Shown: positions 1 to 8,620, numbered from the stretch's first letter. The stretch: DNA of 59,777 nt from a virus (IMGVR_UViG_3300025141_017126:1-59777), one strand, 5' to 3'. A program made the numbers and translations. Notes: a model not told the origin generated them from the sequence alone.

Positions 1-903
1 TCATTTTGGTTCAATAATAATATTATCTGATAAAGCAATATTTTTACCAAAAGTTGCGTCAACAACAATAACAGCTTTACGGTCAAAATATCGTAATTCT
101 TCCAAAGTGATAGCACAACATATTACCAGATAATTAACAGAGCCATTAGCATCCGTAATTCTATCACGAATATGTTCTTTAATGTCTGGAATAGAGGGTC
201 CCGTCATGGCGTTGCCGAAATGATCGAGATAGGTGCCCTTTTGAATCCATTCGTCTATTTCTTTTAATGACTCATAGATTGATCTAGCATCCTTCCTTTC
301 GGACTCACTTAAACGTTCTAATCGCGAACTAGAAGCTAAACCATCTGATTCTCTCACGATTGGAGTCATTATCATTTTAATAGGAAAATTAAAATCGGTA
401 ATCATGAACTGAGCTTCCAAATTTTGAAAAATATCTTTTTGTCCCATCATAATTATATCAGGCATCATCATATTAAAATCTTTTATATTTGATTTACTAA
501 TACCAGGGTTTACGAAGTGGACACCGGGGTACTTTTTTCTTAACTTTTTAATATTAGAATGTATCTGATTAGTTTGTGAAATATATACCTTACGCATATC
601 AGGGTGAAAAAAAATGTCTACTCCATGCTTTTCACATAATTCTAAATCTTTATCAAGTTGTTCTGTTCGATATTTTTCCAAGTATTCATCATAGCTATAA
701 AGTTCTTGTTTAAATTGATGATAAGGATCAATGTGGTCAATATTTAATACTACCTCATCTGCATTTTCTTTAGCTACATCTACTAACTGCATATGACCTT
801 TATGTAAAAATCCAGTAGTACTAACATTAGCGAGTATCTTACCCTTACTTTTTAATTGTATTGAGTATTGTTGCATTTCTTCTATTGATTCTATAATTTT
901 CAT
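1..903 (-). CDS. panC: Pantoate--beta-alanine ligase-like protein (divergent PanC)
   Basis: HIGH-like TGFLHKGH, GQKD, PIVRESDGLASSSR and C-terminal LSDN motifs. Start moved to ATG 903 (GAGGA RBS). Confidence 0.85.
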   Translation of the reverse strand: MKIIESIEEMQQYSIQLKSKGKILANVSTTGFLHKGHMQLVDVAKENADEVVLNIDHIDPYHQFKQELYSYDEYLEKYRTEQLDKDLELCEKHGVDIFFHPDMRKVYISQTNQIHSNIKKLRKKYPGVHFVNPGISKSNIKDFNMMMPDIIMMGQKDIFQNLEAQFMITDFNFPIKMIMTPIVRESDGLASSSRLERLSESERKDARSIYESLKEIDEWIQKGTYLDHFGNAMTGPSIPDIKEHIRDRITDANGSVNYLVICCAITLEELRYFDRKAVIVVDATFGKNIALSDNIIIEPK

Positions 904-915
904 TTTATTCCTCAC

Positions 916-947
916 AAAAAAAATCCTTATTCATTAGAATAAGGATT
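916..947 (-). terminator. Intrinsic terminator in the panC leader
   Basis: 11-bp stem AATCCTTATTC/GAATAAGGATT followed by a U-tract on the - strand, between the promoter and the panC RBS. Confidence 0.7.
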
Positions 948-976
948 CATATAAATAAACTTATTCCTTATACTAA

Positions 977-1005
977 ATTATAGTACAAGGTTAAGCAAAT
1001 GTCAA
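977..1005 (-). promoter_or_regulatory. Sigma70 consensus promoter
   Basis: TTGACA-N17-TATAAT on the - strand. Confidence 0.85.
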
Positions 1006-1011
1006 GCAGAA

Positions 1012-1215
1012 TTATACATTAGCGTTTAGTAACGACCTACTAGAACTCACAGAATTTGCTAGCAAGATTTGAAATAAATTTTCATCAGCTGGATAAATAA
1101 TATCACAATTTTCACATAAAGTGGTATTGTGAGGTAAAAATTTACCTGCTTTAATCCAAGTATGCTGTGGTGTACCACATTTTGGGCATCTTACATAAGC
1201 AGTGTAAACACTCAT
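1012..1215 (-). CDS. Small zinc-ribbon protein
   Basis: CPKC...CENC. Start moved to MSVY. Confidence 0.6.
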   Translation of the reverse strand: MSVYTAYVRCPKCGTPQHTWIKAGKFLPHNTTLCENCDIIYPADENLFQILLANSVSSSRSLLNANV

Positions 1216-1691
1216 TCCCAAATTTCCCACCAATTGGAAGTAGAATTTGTATTCGAGTTTTCTATCTCTTTCTTTTTATCTTTATATTCTTCATGAGATT
1301 TATCAATATTATCATTTTGGTTAATGTAATATTGTTGATAAGCTATAATAATAGCTTTCTGCTGTTCAACTAATTGTTTAATTTTAGCTAAATTTAAACT
1401 AAGGGATTCATACCCTGCGTCAGATACTCCAAATACTACTGGGTCATATTTTTTCTTTTCTAATTCTTTAAAAACTTCCTCAATATTATTTTCGGTAACT
1501 AAAATCCACTCCACTGACTCCAAATTTACTTTTGTAACTGAAGGTAACTGAAGTGGGACTTTTTCTACAGGAGTAGTTAGAATATCTAATTTTTTAACAC
1601 TACTGCCACATGCTGAAATACTAATTCCCAATATAATTAGGATTAGCCACAGAGGGGCATGCTTTGTTAAGCTGGCTAGGTTTAGCAGCAT
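1212..1691 (-). CDS. Putative o-spanin (lipoprotein)
   Basis: Hydrophobic signal with lipobox ISAC-GSS and Pro-rich N-terminus; overlaps the upstream TM/coiled-coil gene. Confidence 0.6.
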   Translation of the reverse strand: MLLNLASLTKHAPLWLILIILGISISACGSSVKKLDILTTPVEKVPLQLPSVTKVNLESVEWILVTENNIEEVFKELEKKKYDPVVFGVSDAGYESLSLNLAKIKQLVEQQKAIIIAYQQYYINQNDNIDKSHEEYKDKKKEIENSNTNSTSNWWEIWE

Positions 1692-2100
1692 CTAATTCCT
1701 CTTTCGTGTGAGATGCTCCACTTAGTAACTCAAAACATCTAAAACTTTGGTCCGTTCCCTTATCAATAATTCTTTCTATTGATTTTGGTTTAGCAGCTGC
1801 GAGTTTTCCGATATCTCGCTGACCTAAAAGTTTACTTACTTTATTAAATTTCCCTCTTAAATCGTCTACTTCTTTTCGAGCTTCTACAAATTTTAAATTA
1901 GTTTCTGCAACTATGGTATGTGCTTTTTGAGCATCTTCTAAATGTTGTTCAATAGTTTCTTTTTGAGTTTGCACTGAAACTTCTAACTTAGCGTTATTTT
2001 CTTGTAAAACAGCTAATTTCTTTTGGCTGTCTTGATAATACCAGTAGAAACCACCCAAAACAACTGCCATAACTACAATCATTATCATAGCTATTTTCAT
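1621..2100 (-). CDS. Putative i-spanin
   Basis: N-terminal TM helix, long coiled coil and C-terminal Cys; overlaps the lipoprotein gene as in Rz/Rz1 pairs. Confidence 0.6.
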   Translation of the reverse strand: MKIAMIMIVVMAVVLGGFYWYYQDSQKKLAVLQENNAKLEVSVQTQKETIEQHLEDAQKAHTIVAETNLKFVEARKEVDDLRGKFNKVSKLLGQRDIGKLAAAKPKSIERIIDKGTDQSFRCFELLSGASHTKEELDAAKPSQLNKACPSVANPNYIGN

Positions 2101-2101
2101 T

Positions 2102-2389
2102 TTATTTTCGCCTCTTTTTCATCTTTCTATAATATAAAGTTTTATGATTATCATACCAATATTTACTTGAGTTTCTTAAAGTATCATTAGCTGATCGTAT
2201 ATATTCGATTTCGTTTTTAATTAAGCTACCTAACTCGTCAGCTACAGATTTTTTTTCATCTATTACTAAGCTAGATAAATCATCAACAACTTCTAATATA
2301 CGATCAAGATAAGCACAAGTTTCTGGTGGAACTCCGGGACTATCTTTTTTAATTTTTGCGAATCTAGCATCTTGAGTTTTAGAAGCCAT
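2102..2389 (-). CDS. Hypothetical phage protein
   Basis: ORF with RBS, co-oriented with neighbours. Confidence 0.6.
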   Translation of the reverse strand: MASKTQDARFAKIKKDSPGVPPETCAYLDRILEVVDDLSSLVIDEKKSVADELGSLIKNEIEYIRSANDTLRNSSKYWYDNHKTLYYRKMKKRRK

Positions 2390-2464
2390 ACATAACCTTC
2401 ATATAATATAAAAAATGACTTTAGCCACCATCTTAACCATTATTATGGCTGTACTAGTGAAAGG

Positions 2465-2644
2465 TTAGGATCTATCCTTCCACCAGAAGTGAATAACAGC
2501 CCAAACAATGGCTGCTATGGTAGCGGTTTTTATTAAACCAAAGCCGCCTATTAAACTGATTAAAGCGACAGCTGCTACAATTATTGCGTTCCAAGAACTT
2601 TTTTCTTGAAACCTTTCTTTAACCCAGTTAAAGATAGTTCTCAT
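2465..2644 (-). CDS. Small two-TM membrane protein, holin-like (not in ORF track)
   Basis: Hand translation, 59 aa: MRTIFNWVKERFQEKSSWNAIIVAAVALISLIGGFGLIKTATIAAIVWAVIHFWWKDRS. Confidence 0.65.
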   Translation of the reverse strand: MRTIFNWVKERFQEKSSWNAIIVAAVALISLIGGFGLIKTATIAAIVWAVIHFWWKDRS

Positions 2645-2661
2645 TTAAAAAGATTTTCCTT

Positions 2662-2907
2662 TTAATCGTTATTATGTCGGAACAGCCAAATTACAATACC
2701 TACAGTAATTAGGCCAACGAGACCAGCACTTCCTAAACCAGCAACGATATCAGTGATATTACCTACAATATCACCATTTTCGCCGCCAATAAAAGGAATA
2801 CTATTCCCAAACAAAACTTGCCACACGATTCCTAGTGTTACAAGTGTTAGACTGATGGCTGTGATCCCTTTGATCCAGCCGCCTACCTTGCTTGTCCAAT
2901 CTCCCAT
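2662..2907 (-). CDS. Small two-TM membrane protein
   Basis: Two hydrophobic helices, AGGAG RBS. Confidence 0.7.
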   Translation of the reverse strand: MGDWTSKVGGWIKGITAISLTLVTLGIVWQVLFGNSIPFIGGENGDIVGNITDIVAGLGSAGLVGLITVGIVIWLFRHNND

Positions 2908-2978
2908 ATTATATCTCCTTTAATTAGTAAAATTTGGCAACTAAAGTCATTTATTTCTGTTTTTTTCTAATTCTTATA

Positions 2979-3296
2979 TTAAACATTAAAAGACTCTCCG
3001 CATCCACATGCAGATTTAATGTTAGGATTTTCAATTTTTAATGAACTACCGAAAAGATCGGTGTTATAATCAATGACAAGACCTGCTAAATAAAGCAAAC
3101 TCATACCATCTACAAATAAATTATTTTTATCATCCAGAGGAAATTTTTCATCATCCATTAATTCCTCATCAATTAACTGCCAATCATAAGTAAATCCAGA
3201 ACATCCTCCACCTTTTACTCCTAACTTGACTTTTTTCTCATTGGAAGTAATTATATTTACAAGATGTTTTTTAGCAGAATCAGTAATTTGAATCAT
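2979..3296 (-). CDS. iscA: IscA/HesB Fe-S cluster carrier
   Basis: GGGCSG and CGCGESF motifs. Confidence 0.93.
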   Translation of the reverse strand: MIQITDSAKKHLVNIITSNEKKVKLGVKGGGCSGFTYDWQLIDEELMDDEKFPLDDKNNLFVDGMSLLYLAGLVIDYNTDLFGSSLKIENPNIKSACGCGESFNV

Positions 3297-3489
3297 TATT
3301 CTCTTTATACTTATGATATATTTGCATTATGCGTTCCCATCTACGAGTGGTTAATTTCCCATATTTTTTTTGTGCTGATAAACAATCCCTAATAATTTTT
3401 CTTTCAATTGGAATTAAATCACAGAAAAGAAAAAAGTTTTCAAGACTTTTAGATATATAATTTTTATTATACTTAACCTCTCTCCTCAT
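3280..3489 (-). CDS. Hypothetical protein
   Basis: ORF filling the gap in an operon. Confidence 0.5.
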   Translation of the reverse strand: MRREVKYNKNYISKSLENFFLFCDLIPIERKIIRDCLSAQKKYGKLTTRRWERIMQIYHKYKENNDSNY

Positions 3490-3497
3490 AGCAATAA

Positions 3498-4157
3498 TTA
3501 TTTTTCCAAATTCAACTTATAAAATTGTTTAATCCTGTATTTTAAATCAGGGACATGCACAACAGCATTTGTTTCAAAAATTTGGGGTTCATTATTTTCC
3601 ACTGTAATCGCAATAACAATTTTTTTGATATTAGTATTATACAATTCATTATGAGCGTAGGCGTAACCTGCACATTGTAAAAAATAGTCTTTAATTTGTT
3701 TAATATATTTCTTTTTTCGAGAAGTTTTAAAATCAATAATAGCAGGAATACCTTTCCACTCGCCTACCATATCTGTACGTCCTGCAAATTGTAAATCTTT
3801 ACTCCATAGTACTAACTCTTGACCCCAAATATTAGTAACTCCACTTTTAACTAATTTAATTAGGTCTTTAGTCATTTGGATTACGTCTGAAGATTCCTTA
3901 GCTAAATCCCCATAGATTTCTTCTTCATTAAAGAACTTTTCAGCGTATTCGTGAACTAAAGTTCCTCTATCTGTTGCTTCTTTTGATATACGAGCTGCTT
4001 CTTCTTCTCCAACTTTATCTTTCCAAGCCTGTAACCAAACTTGGTTGGAAGTTTTTCCTAAAATAGTAGTTATGGAAGGAAATTTACCATCAGGGGTAAA
4101 ATACGTCCTTCCAGAAGGTAAAGTTTCTGATTCTATATCATGTATGTAATTATGCAT
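3498..4157 (-). CDS. PD-(D/E)XK Cas4-like exonuclease
   Basis: PSITTIL, RGTLVH, AGRTD, IIDFKTS and QxxxY motifs. Confidence 0.88.
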   Translation of the reverse strand: MHNYIHDIESETLPSGRTYFTPDGKFPSITTILGKTSNQVWLQAWKDKVGEEEAARISKEATDRGTLVHEYAEKFFNEEEIYGDLAKESSDVIQMTKDLIKLVKSGVTNIWGQELVLWSKDLQFAGRTDMVGEWKGIPAIIDFKTSRKKKYIKQIKDYFLQCAGYAYAHNELYNTNIKKIVIAITVENNEPQIFETNAVVHVPDLKYRIKQFYKLNLEK

Positions 4158-4227
4158 TAATTATTCATATCAATATTAAAAATCCAATTAAAATATTTCA
4201 TTGTTATATACTCCTGAACTTAGCTGT

Positions 4228-4256
4228 ATAGTAACACAGTAATCAGCATTTGGCAA
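4228..4256 (-). promoter_or_regulatory. Sigma70-type promoter
   Basis: TTGCCA-N17-TACTAT. Confidence 0.6.
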
Positions 4257-4264
4257 GGAGTATT

Positions 4265-5179
4265 TCAACTTATCAGCTTTTTACGTAAATAACTAGGAAT
4301 AGCTGGTTTAAAGTAAGGAGTTAAACGATTTCGTAACTGAACACATTTCTTTTTATGGTAATCATTGAGTATCGCTAATCTTACTCCTCCGAGTGGGTTT
4401 TGATGAAATAATTCAGGATCATCTATTTGATAACTAGTTAAATTACTACAAATTTTATGTACAATATCCGTATTTACAGTATATTCTACATTATTCTTAC
4501 CCCAGATAGCAAATAAATAAAACTCATTTATTTCCTCTTTAAATTTCCACACTTTATCCTGATATAAACTTATAATATTTGATATTAAATTGTAATTGCC
4601 CAGCCTATCAACATCTCCCATCCTTAAATGAACCTCAATTATAGTCGTAGGTTCTTGTCCAATTGTTTCCAAACAAATGCATCCAGTATAATTTTTTAAA
4701 TGTTTTTTTATCCAATCATAAACATATAGAATAATTGAATTTTTAGGAATAGATACTTCCCAGTAGTCAAACATTCCATTTCCAATAGGGTAGCCTTTAA
4801 AAGTTATAGACCACAGGGGTACTCCATTTAAAACTATGATATCGTGACTTAAGTGTATACCTTCTATCCATTTCATCCATAAACATCCTGGATGACGACA
4901 CGTTTCCAACTCCTTAGAGCTATTAATTTTTCTAGCTTCAACTCCTCCACCAAACATATTATATATAGGTTTAACAACAACAGGGTATTTAGTAGGAGTG
5001 ACTCCTATAGGTCCACAATCTACGTTTTGTGATAATGCAATATTTAATTTGTTATAAACCCAATTTTCATTTTCATAGTATAACCACGCAGAATCATCTG
5101 TAGTAGGAATATCTACTACAGGGTCTTTTAATTCTTCATAACATCTTAGAACTTTTGGGTTATATCCTATAAATGGCAT
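4265..5179 (-). CDS. ATP-grasp-fold protein of unknown substrate
   Basis: YPVVVKP..N..GGG, W.EG.H.S.D and IIEVHLR resemble ATP-grasp motifs. Start moved to MPFIG. Confidence 0.6.
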   Translation of the reverse strand: MPFIGYNPKVLRCYEELKDPVVDIPTTDDSAWLYYENENWVYNKLNIALSQNVDCGPIGVTPTKYPVVVKPIYNMFGGGVEARKINSSKELETCRHPGCLWMKWIEGIHLSHDIIVLNGVPLWSITFKGYPIGNGMFDYWEVSIPKNSIILYVYDWIKKHLKNYTGCICLETIGQEPTTIIEVHLRMGDVDRLGNYNLISNIISLYQDKVWKFKEEINEFYLFAIWGKNNVEYTVNTDIVHKICSNLTSYQIDDPELFHQNPLGGVRLAILNDYHKKKCVQLRNRLTPYFKPAIPSYLRKKLIS

Positions 5180-5186
5180 AATAAAT

Positions 5187-5213
5187 AAAAAAAGGGGGCG
5201 CAAGCCCCCTTTT
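5187..5213. terminator. Intrinsic terminator after hsp20
   Basis: AAAAAAAGGGGGCGCAAGCCCCCTTTT hairpin with A/T tracts. Confidence 0.8.
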
Positions 5214-5231
5214 AGATATGTGTTGTGGTTT

Positions 5232-5672
5232 TTAAGAAGCGAGTTTAATAATTCGTTCTTTTTTCTCTTCAGGAGTTATTTTTTCTAAAGAAATTGAAAG
5301 AATACCATCTTTCAATGATCCTCCTTTAATAATTACATCATCTGCAACATTAAAAGTTCTAGTAAAACTCCTATTAGCAATACCGTGATGTAAAAAAGAG
5401 TCAGTTTCTTTTTCTTCTTTGTTCCCCACAATCGAGAGAGTATTATTTGCATATTTAACCTCAACGTCCTTCTCAGTAAAACCTGCTACTGCAAGTTCAA
5501 TTGAATATTTACTTCCATCTTCAGATTTATAAATATTATAAGGTGGGTAATTTGGAAGTGCTGTATAAGAATCTTCTATAAATTTATCCATAAGCGTAAA
5601 TATATTATCAAATCCTACAGTTTGGCGTCTAAGAGGCGCCCAGTCAAAATGCGTAACTAATGTATCAACCAT
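5232..5672 (-). CDS. Small heat-shock protein Hsp20 (IbpA-like)
   Basis: VGFD, YPPYNI, ELAVAGF, GIANRSFTRTF and DGILSI motifs. Confidence 0.95.
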   Translation of the reverse strand: MVDTLVTHFDWAPLRRQTVGFDNIFTLMDKFIEDSYTALPNYPPYNIYKSEDGSKYSIELAVAGFTEKDVEVKYANNTLSIVGNKEEKETDSFLHHGIANRSFTRTFNVADDVIIKGGSLKDGILSISLEKITPEEKKERIIKLAS

Positions 5673-5744
5673 GTTTTTTCTCCTTTATAAGCAAGATTAA
5701 TATCGGGAATCCAATTTATGCAATTCCCTATGGGTTATTCCATA
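5670..5744 (-). promoter_or_regulatory. ROSE-like RNA thermometer in the hsp20 5' UTR
   Basis: UCUUGCUU-AUA-AAGGAGA: the U(U/C)GCU motif pairs with the SD, leaving a bulged G; two further hairpins lie upstream. Confidence 0.75.
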
Positions 5745-5748
5745 TTTT

Positions 5749-5777
5749 ATATTACACTAATTTTAAATAATTAGCAA
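5749..5777 (-). promoter_or_regulatory. Sigma70-type promoter for hsp20
   Basis: TTGCTA-N17-TAATAT. Confidence 0.6.
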
Positions 5778-5794
5778 GTTAAATATTACTTTAA

Positions 5795-6757
5795 TTAGAG
5801 TCCGTTAGGAACAATAACATAATGTATAATTAATACTATTCCTATAGATACTAAAAGTCCAACAAGCATTTTTATAAAATCTTTAGCAATAATAGGAAAG
5901 ACATATTTAAATTTATAATCTTGCATTATAGTAGAAATGGCTAACTCTCTACCACAAAGTAATCCAACAAATACCCACGTTGTACTCATAGGAATGTCAT
6001 TATATTGTTTAAAAAATAACAGGATAAAAGCATATACTAAGTCAATAATAGTAGCTGATCTCACATATCGAGTTCCTGTTTTTTCTAAAACAATTTTTTG
6101 AATTCTACCGCCTTTTTCATAGAACATATATCCTAGAAAAACGATAAAAATACCAGATGCAGCTAACATCCATTCTACTGGAACAGACCTTGGTAAAAAT
6201 ACTGCAATATTTGCTAAATCATGAGAAAGCCATGTATACCATAAAAAACCAGTAGTACACCATTGTCCTATTCGCCAGTACTTAATATTTTTTTCTTTAA
6301 CTTTGTCTGCTTTTTCATCTATTAAACGTTCAATACCAAACCAAAGAACATATGCAACTACAGCAGCAATCGCATACCCCATAATAGATTTAACTAACAT
6401 TTTTTCTAAAATAAAAGTGCTAGCAAAAGCCGAAAGAACTAAGAAAGTAGTAGAAACTGGGATTCCTACTCGGGTTAAGGCTAATAGGATAAGTGGAGCT
6501 AAAGCATGATACCATTGAGTCTCAATCCAGGGAATTTTATTTAATCTTCCAAAAGATATATCCCCATCATTTACTGACCATCCATACCATAACGTAAATA
6601 AAAGAACAGATGAAGCAGCAACCCATAACCAGTACCATTTAAATCTTTGGGAATTAGAAGCAATCCAAGTTCCCAAAGTTTGAACACTATCATTTGCGAC
6701 AACAGAATAGGCAGCAAATAAAAAACCAACTGTCATCCATAACATTGTTACATCCAT
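5795..6757 (-). CDS. PiT/PHO4-like phosphate (or sulfate) permease
   Basis: Polytopic, with duplicated VANDS/SHDLAN and PVSTT/PMSTT signatures typical of the PiT fold. Confidence 0.7.
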   Translation of the reverse strand: MDVTMLWMTVGFLFAAYSVVANDSVQTLGTWIASNSQRFKWYWLWVAASSVLLFTLWYGWSVNDGDISFGRLNKIPWIETQWYHALAPLILLALTRVGIPVSTTFLVLSAFASTFILEKMLVKSIMGYAIAAVVAYVLWFGIERLIDEKADKVKEKNIKYWRIGQWCTTGFLWYTWLSHDLANIAVFLPRSVPVEWMLAASGIFIVFLGYMFYEKGGRIQKIVLEKTGTRYVRSATIIDLVYAFILLFFKQYNDIPMSTTWVFVGLLCGRELAISTIMQDYKFKYVFPIIAKDFIKMLVGLLVSIGIVLIIHYVIVPNGL

Positions 6758-6792
6758 TATAACAATTTTCCCTCTCTTTTTAATAAATTAAT

Positions 6793-6810
6793 GTTACAAT
6801 TTTGTTACGA
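6793..6810 (-). promoter_or_regulatory. Putative Pho box
   Basis: TCGTAAC-AAAA-TTGTAAC (7-4-7, 11-bp period) upstream of the PiT-like gene. Confidence 0.6.
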
Positions 6811-6819
6811 TTTAAAAAT

Positions 6820-6845
6820 AAAAAAGCCCCTTTCGGGGCTTTTTT
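6820..6845. terminator. Intrinsic terminator after the porin gene
   Basis: AAAAAAGCCCC-TTTC-GGGGCTTTTTT. Confidence 0.85.
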
Positions 6846-6851
6846 AGGTTA

Positions 6852-7760
6852 TTAGAATGTTATGCCTAACCCAGCACTATAAACACTCTCTTCTGTATCA
6901 AGATCATAGTCTATTTCGGTAAATAAAACAGCGTCACTACCTAGTTTATAATGAACACCACCAGTAGTAAGACCATCATCACCAGTAGCATCAGTATCTC
7001 CATACCCTGCTAAAATAGTGATTGTTTCTTTAATAGTATAGCCTCCAACTACTTCATAACCCATAATATCTGTAGTGGTAGTATCTTGGACACTAAAACT
7101 ACCAGAAGCACTAATAGGGCCATAACTACGAGATGCACCAATACCATAATAACTTGTGTTATTGATAACATCATCAGCGTATGTTACGCCAATTCCTTCG
7201 TAAGTTGCTCCAATTTGCCATAGGTCAAAAGTTTCATCAGTTGCTCCATCAAGTATTTGAGATTGAGCACCAAAAGTTACACCTAGTGGAGTAGTTTTTT
7301 CATATTTAACACTATTGGTTAATTTATCTGAGGGTTGTTGAATACCTCCATTTCCACTAGCTTTAAATTGTGCTCCCTTATTTACATAATTTTCCATTAT
7401 GCTTTCTGTTTTACCGATACTAAGTGCACCTAGTGTGTCACTTTTTACACCAACATAACCGAATCTACTAGTAACGTCATCATTACCATCTCCATTAATA
7501 TCAACATCAACACTTAACTCTCCAAATACTGATGCAATGGGACTAAATTGATTACTAAATTTAACTCCAAGTTTACTGTCGGAGGTTTTTAATTCAGGAT
7601 CTTTTCCTGTTGCAGTTCCTCCCTCAACAAATGCTCGTGCTTCCCCAAATAGGGTTACTTGTGTATCTTGAACATCAACTACATTATCATCGTTAGCAAG
7701 CACTGGAGCACTTACAATAATTCCAGCTACTACTAAAGCACAGAAAATATTTTTATTCAT
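6852..7760 (-). CDS. Gram-negative outer-membrane porin
   Basis: Signal peptide, VTLFG, SR.GYVG...G.LS.GK, alternating beta strands and C-terminal Phe. Confidence 0.85.
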   Translation of the reverse strand: MNKNIFCALVVAGIIVSAPVLANDDNVVDVQDTQVTLFGEARAFVEGGTATGKDPELKTSDSKLGVKFSNQFSPIASVFGELSVDVDINGDGNDDVTSRFGYVGVKSDTLGALSIGKTESIMENYVNKGAQFKASGNGGIQQPSDKLTNSVKYEKTTPLGVTFGAQSQILDGATDETFDLWQIGATYEGIGVTYADDVINNTSYYGIGASRSYGPISASGSFSVQDTTTTDIMGYEVVGGYTIKETITILAGYGDTDATGDDGLTTGGVHYKLGSDAVLFTEIDYDLDTEESVYSAGLGITF

Positions 7761-7887
7761 ATTACCTCTCTTTTATTATATAAAATATAGACCTTTTCAG
7801 ATCTTCACAGGTATTATAACATATATTACTTATTTGTCTACATAAAAATTAAATATTGCACTTATTAGAGCGCAAGGTGTTAAAAAT

Positions 7888-7912
7888 AAAAAAACCCTTT
7901 TTCGGGTTTTTT
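7888..7912. terminator. Intrinsic terminator
   Basis: AAAAAAACCC...GGGTTTTTT hairpin. Confidence 0.65.
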
Positions 7913-8175
7913 TATCGGCAAAAGGTTAAAAGTTCTTCTACTTGTCCGTTTTTTTCTTCAATCTCCTCTTTATTACTTTTATAAATAATACTAGCAGTTG
8001 CTCTTACAACTGAAGGAGATAACCCGTAATCTTCTTTAATTTCTTTGATAATATCATTAACAACATTACGGGCACCTTCTTGTATAAGAAGTTGATCTAC
8101 AATTTTATTAACTTTATTACTAATATCAGTTTCATCTATAGCTTTATAAACTTTTTTTGTATCAGACTGAGACAT
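7912..8175 (-). CDS. T4 DsbA/GapR-like dsDNA-binding protein
   Basis: Helical I..EIKE.YGL....R....IY pattern. Start moved to MSQS. Confidence 0.55.
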   Translation of the reverse strand: MSQSDTKKVYKAIDETDISNKVNKIVDQLLIQEGARNVVNDIIKEIKEDYGLSPSVVRATASIIYKSNKEEIEEKNGQVEELLTFCR

Positions 8176-8620
8176 TTGATGTTTCCTCTCGTGTATTATC
8201 AACAACCAGTTTAATTGATTGTTCTCTTTTAATGTGTGGCATTACCCTAACTATTTTTTCTTCAATTAAGTCATCTAGAACATGAGAAGTAAATGACTTT
8301 ACGCACTCATCCATAGATACTATATTTGCAGTTTTCGGAAGTTTTTTAACTACAATAGGATTACTTGTACAGTATGTTTCAATTAGATTCTGAACATACA
8401 TTAAATTAGCTGAACCAATTTTTCTAGGATTTTCTTGTAATTCAGCTTTTAATGTTTCCGAAATAGATTCATCGTCTGTATCAATATTTCTAGGAGAAAC
8501 TAACTCCCACAATCCTCCTGTATATATAACTCCTTCATCTTCATCTACAATATCTTGAGGATTATCCTCTAAGATTTTTAGAATTTTTCGTAGTAATTTT
8601 TCATAACCGTTTTTCTTCAT
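8162..8620 (-). CDS. Hypothetical protein
   Basis: ORF coupled to the Fpg gene. Confidence 0.65.
   Translation of the reverse strand: MKKNGYEKLLRKILKILEDNPQDIVDEDEGVIYTGGLWELVSPRNIDTDDESISETLKAELQENPRKIGSANLMYVQNLIETYCTSNPIVVKKLPKTANIVSMDECVKSFTSHVLDDLIEEKIVRVMPHIKREQSIKLVVDNTREETSNVSV

Noticed and set aside
2413-2952. Invertible DNA segment
   Set aside because: No recombinase nearby, and the mismatches are G-U compatible on one strand, favouring RNA pairing
3498-4157. CRISPR-Cas system
   Set aside because: Solo Cas4-like phage nuclease with no array or other cas genes
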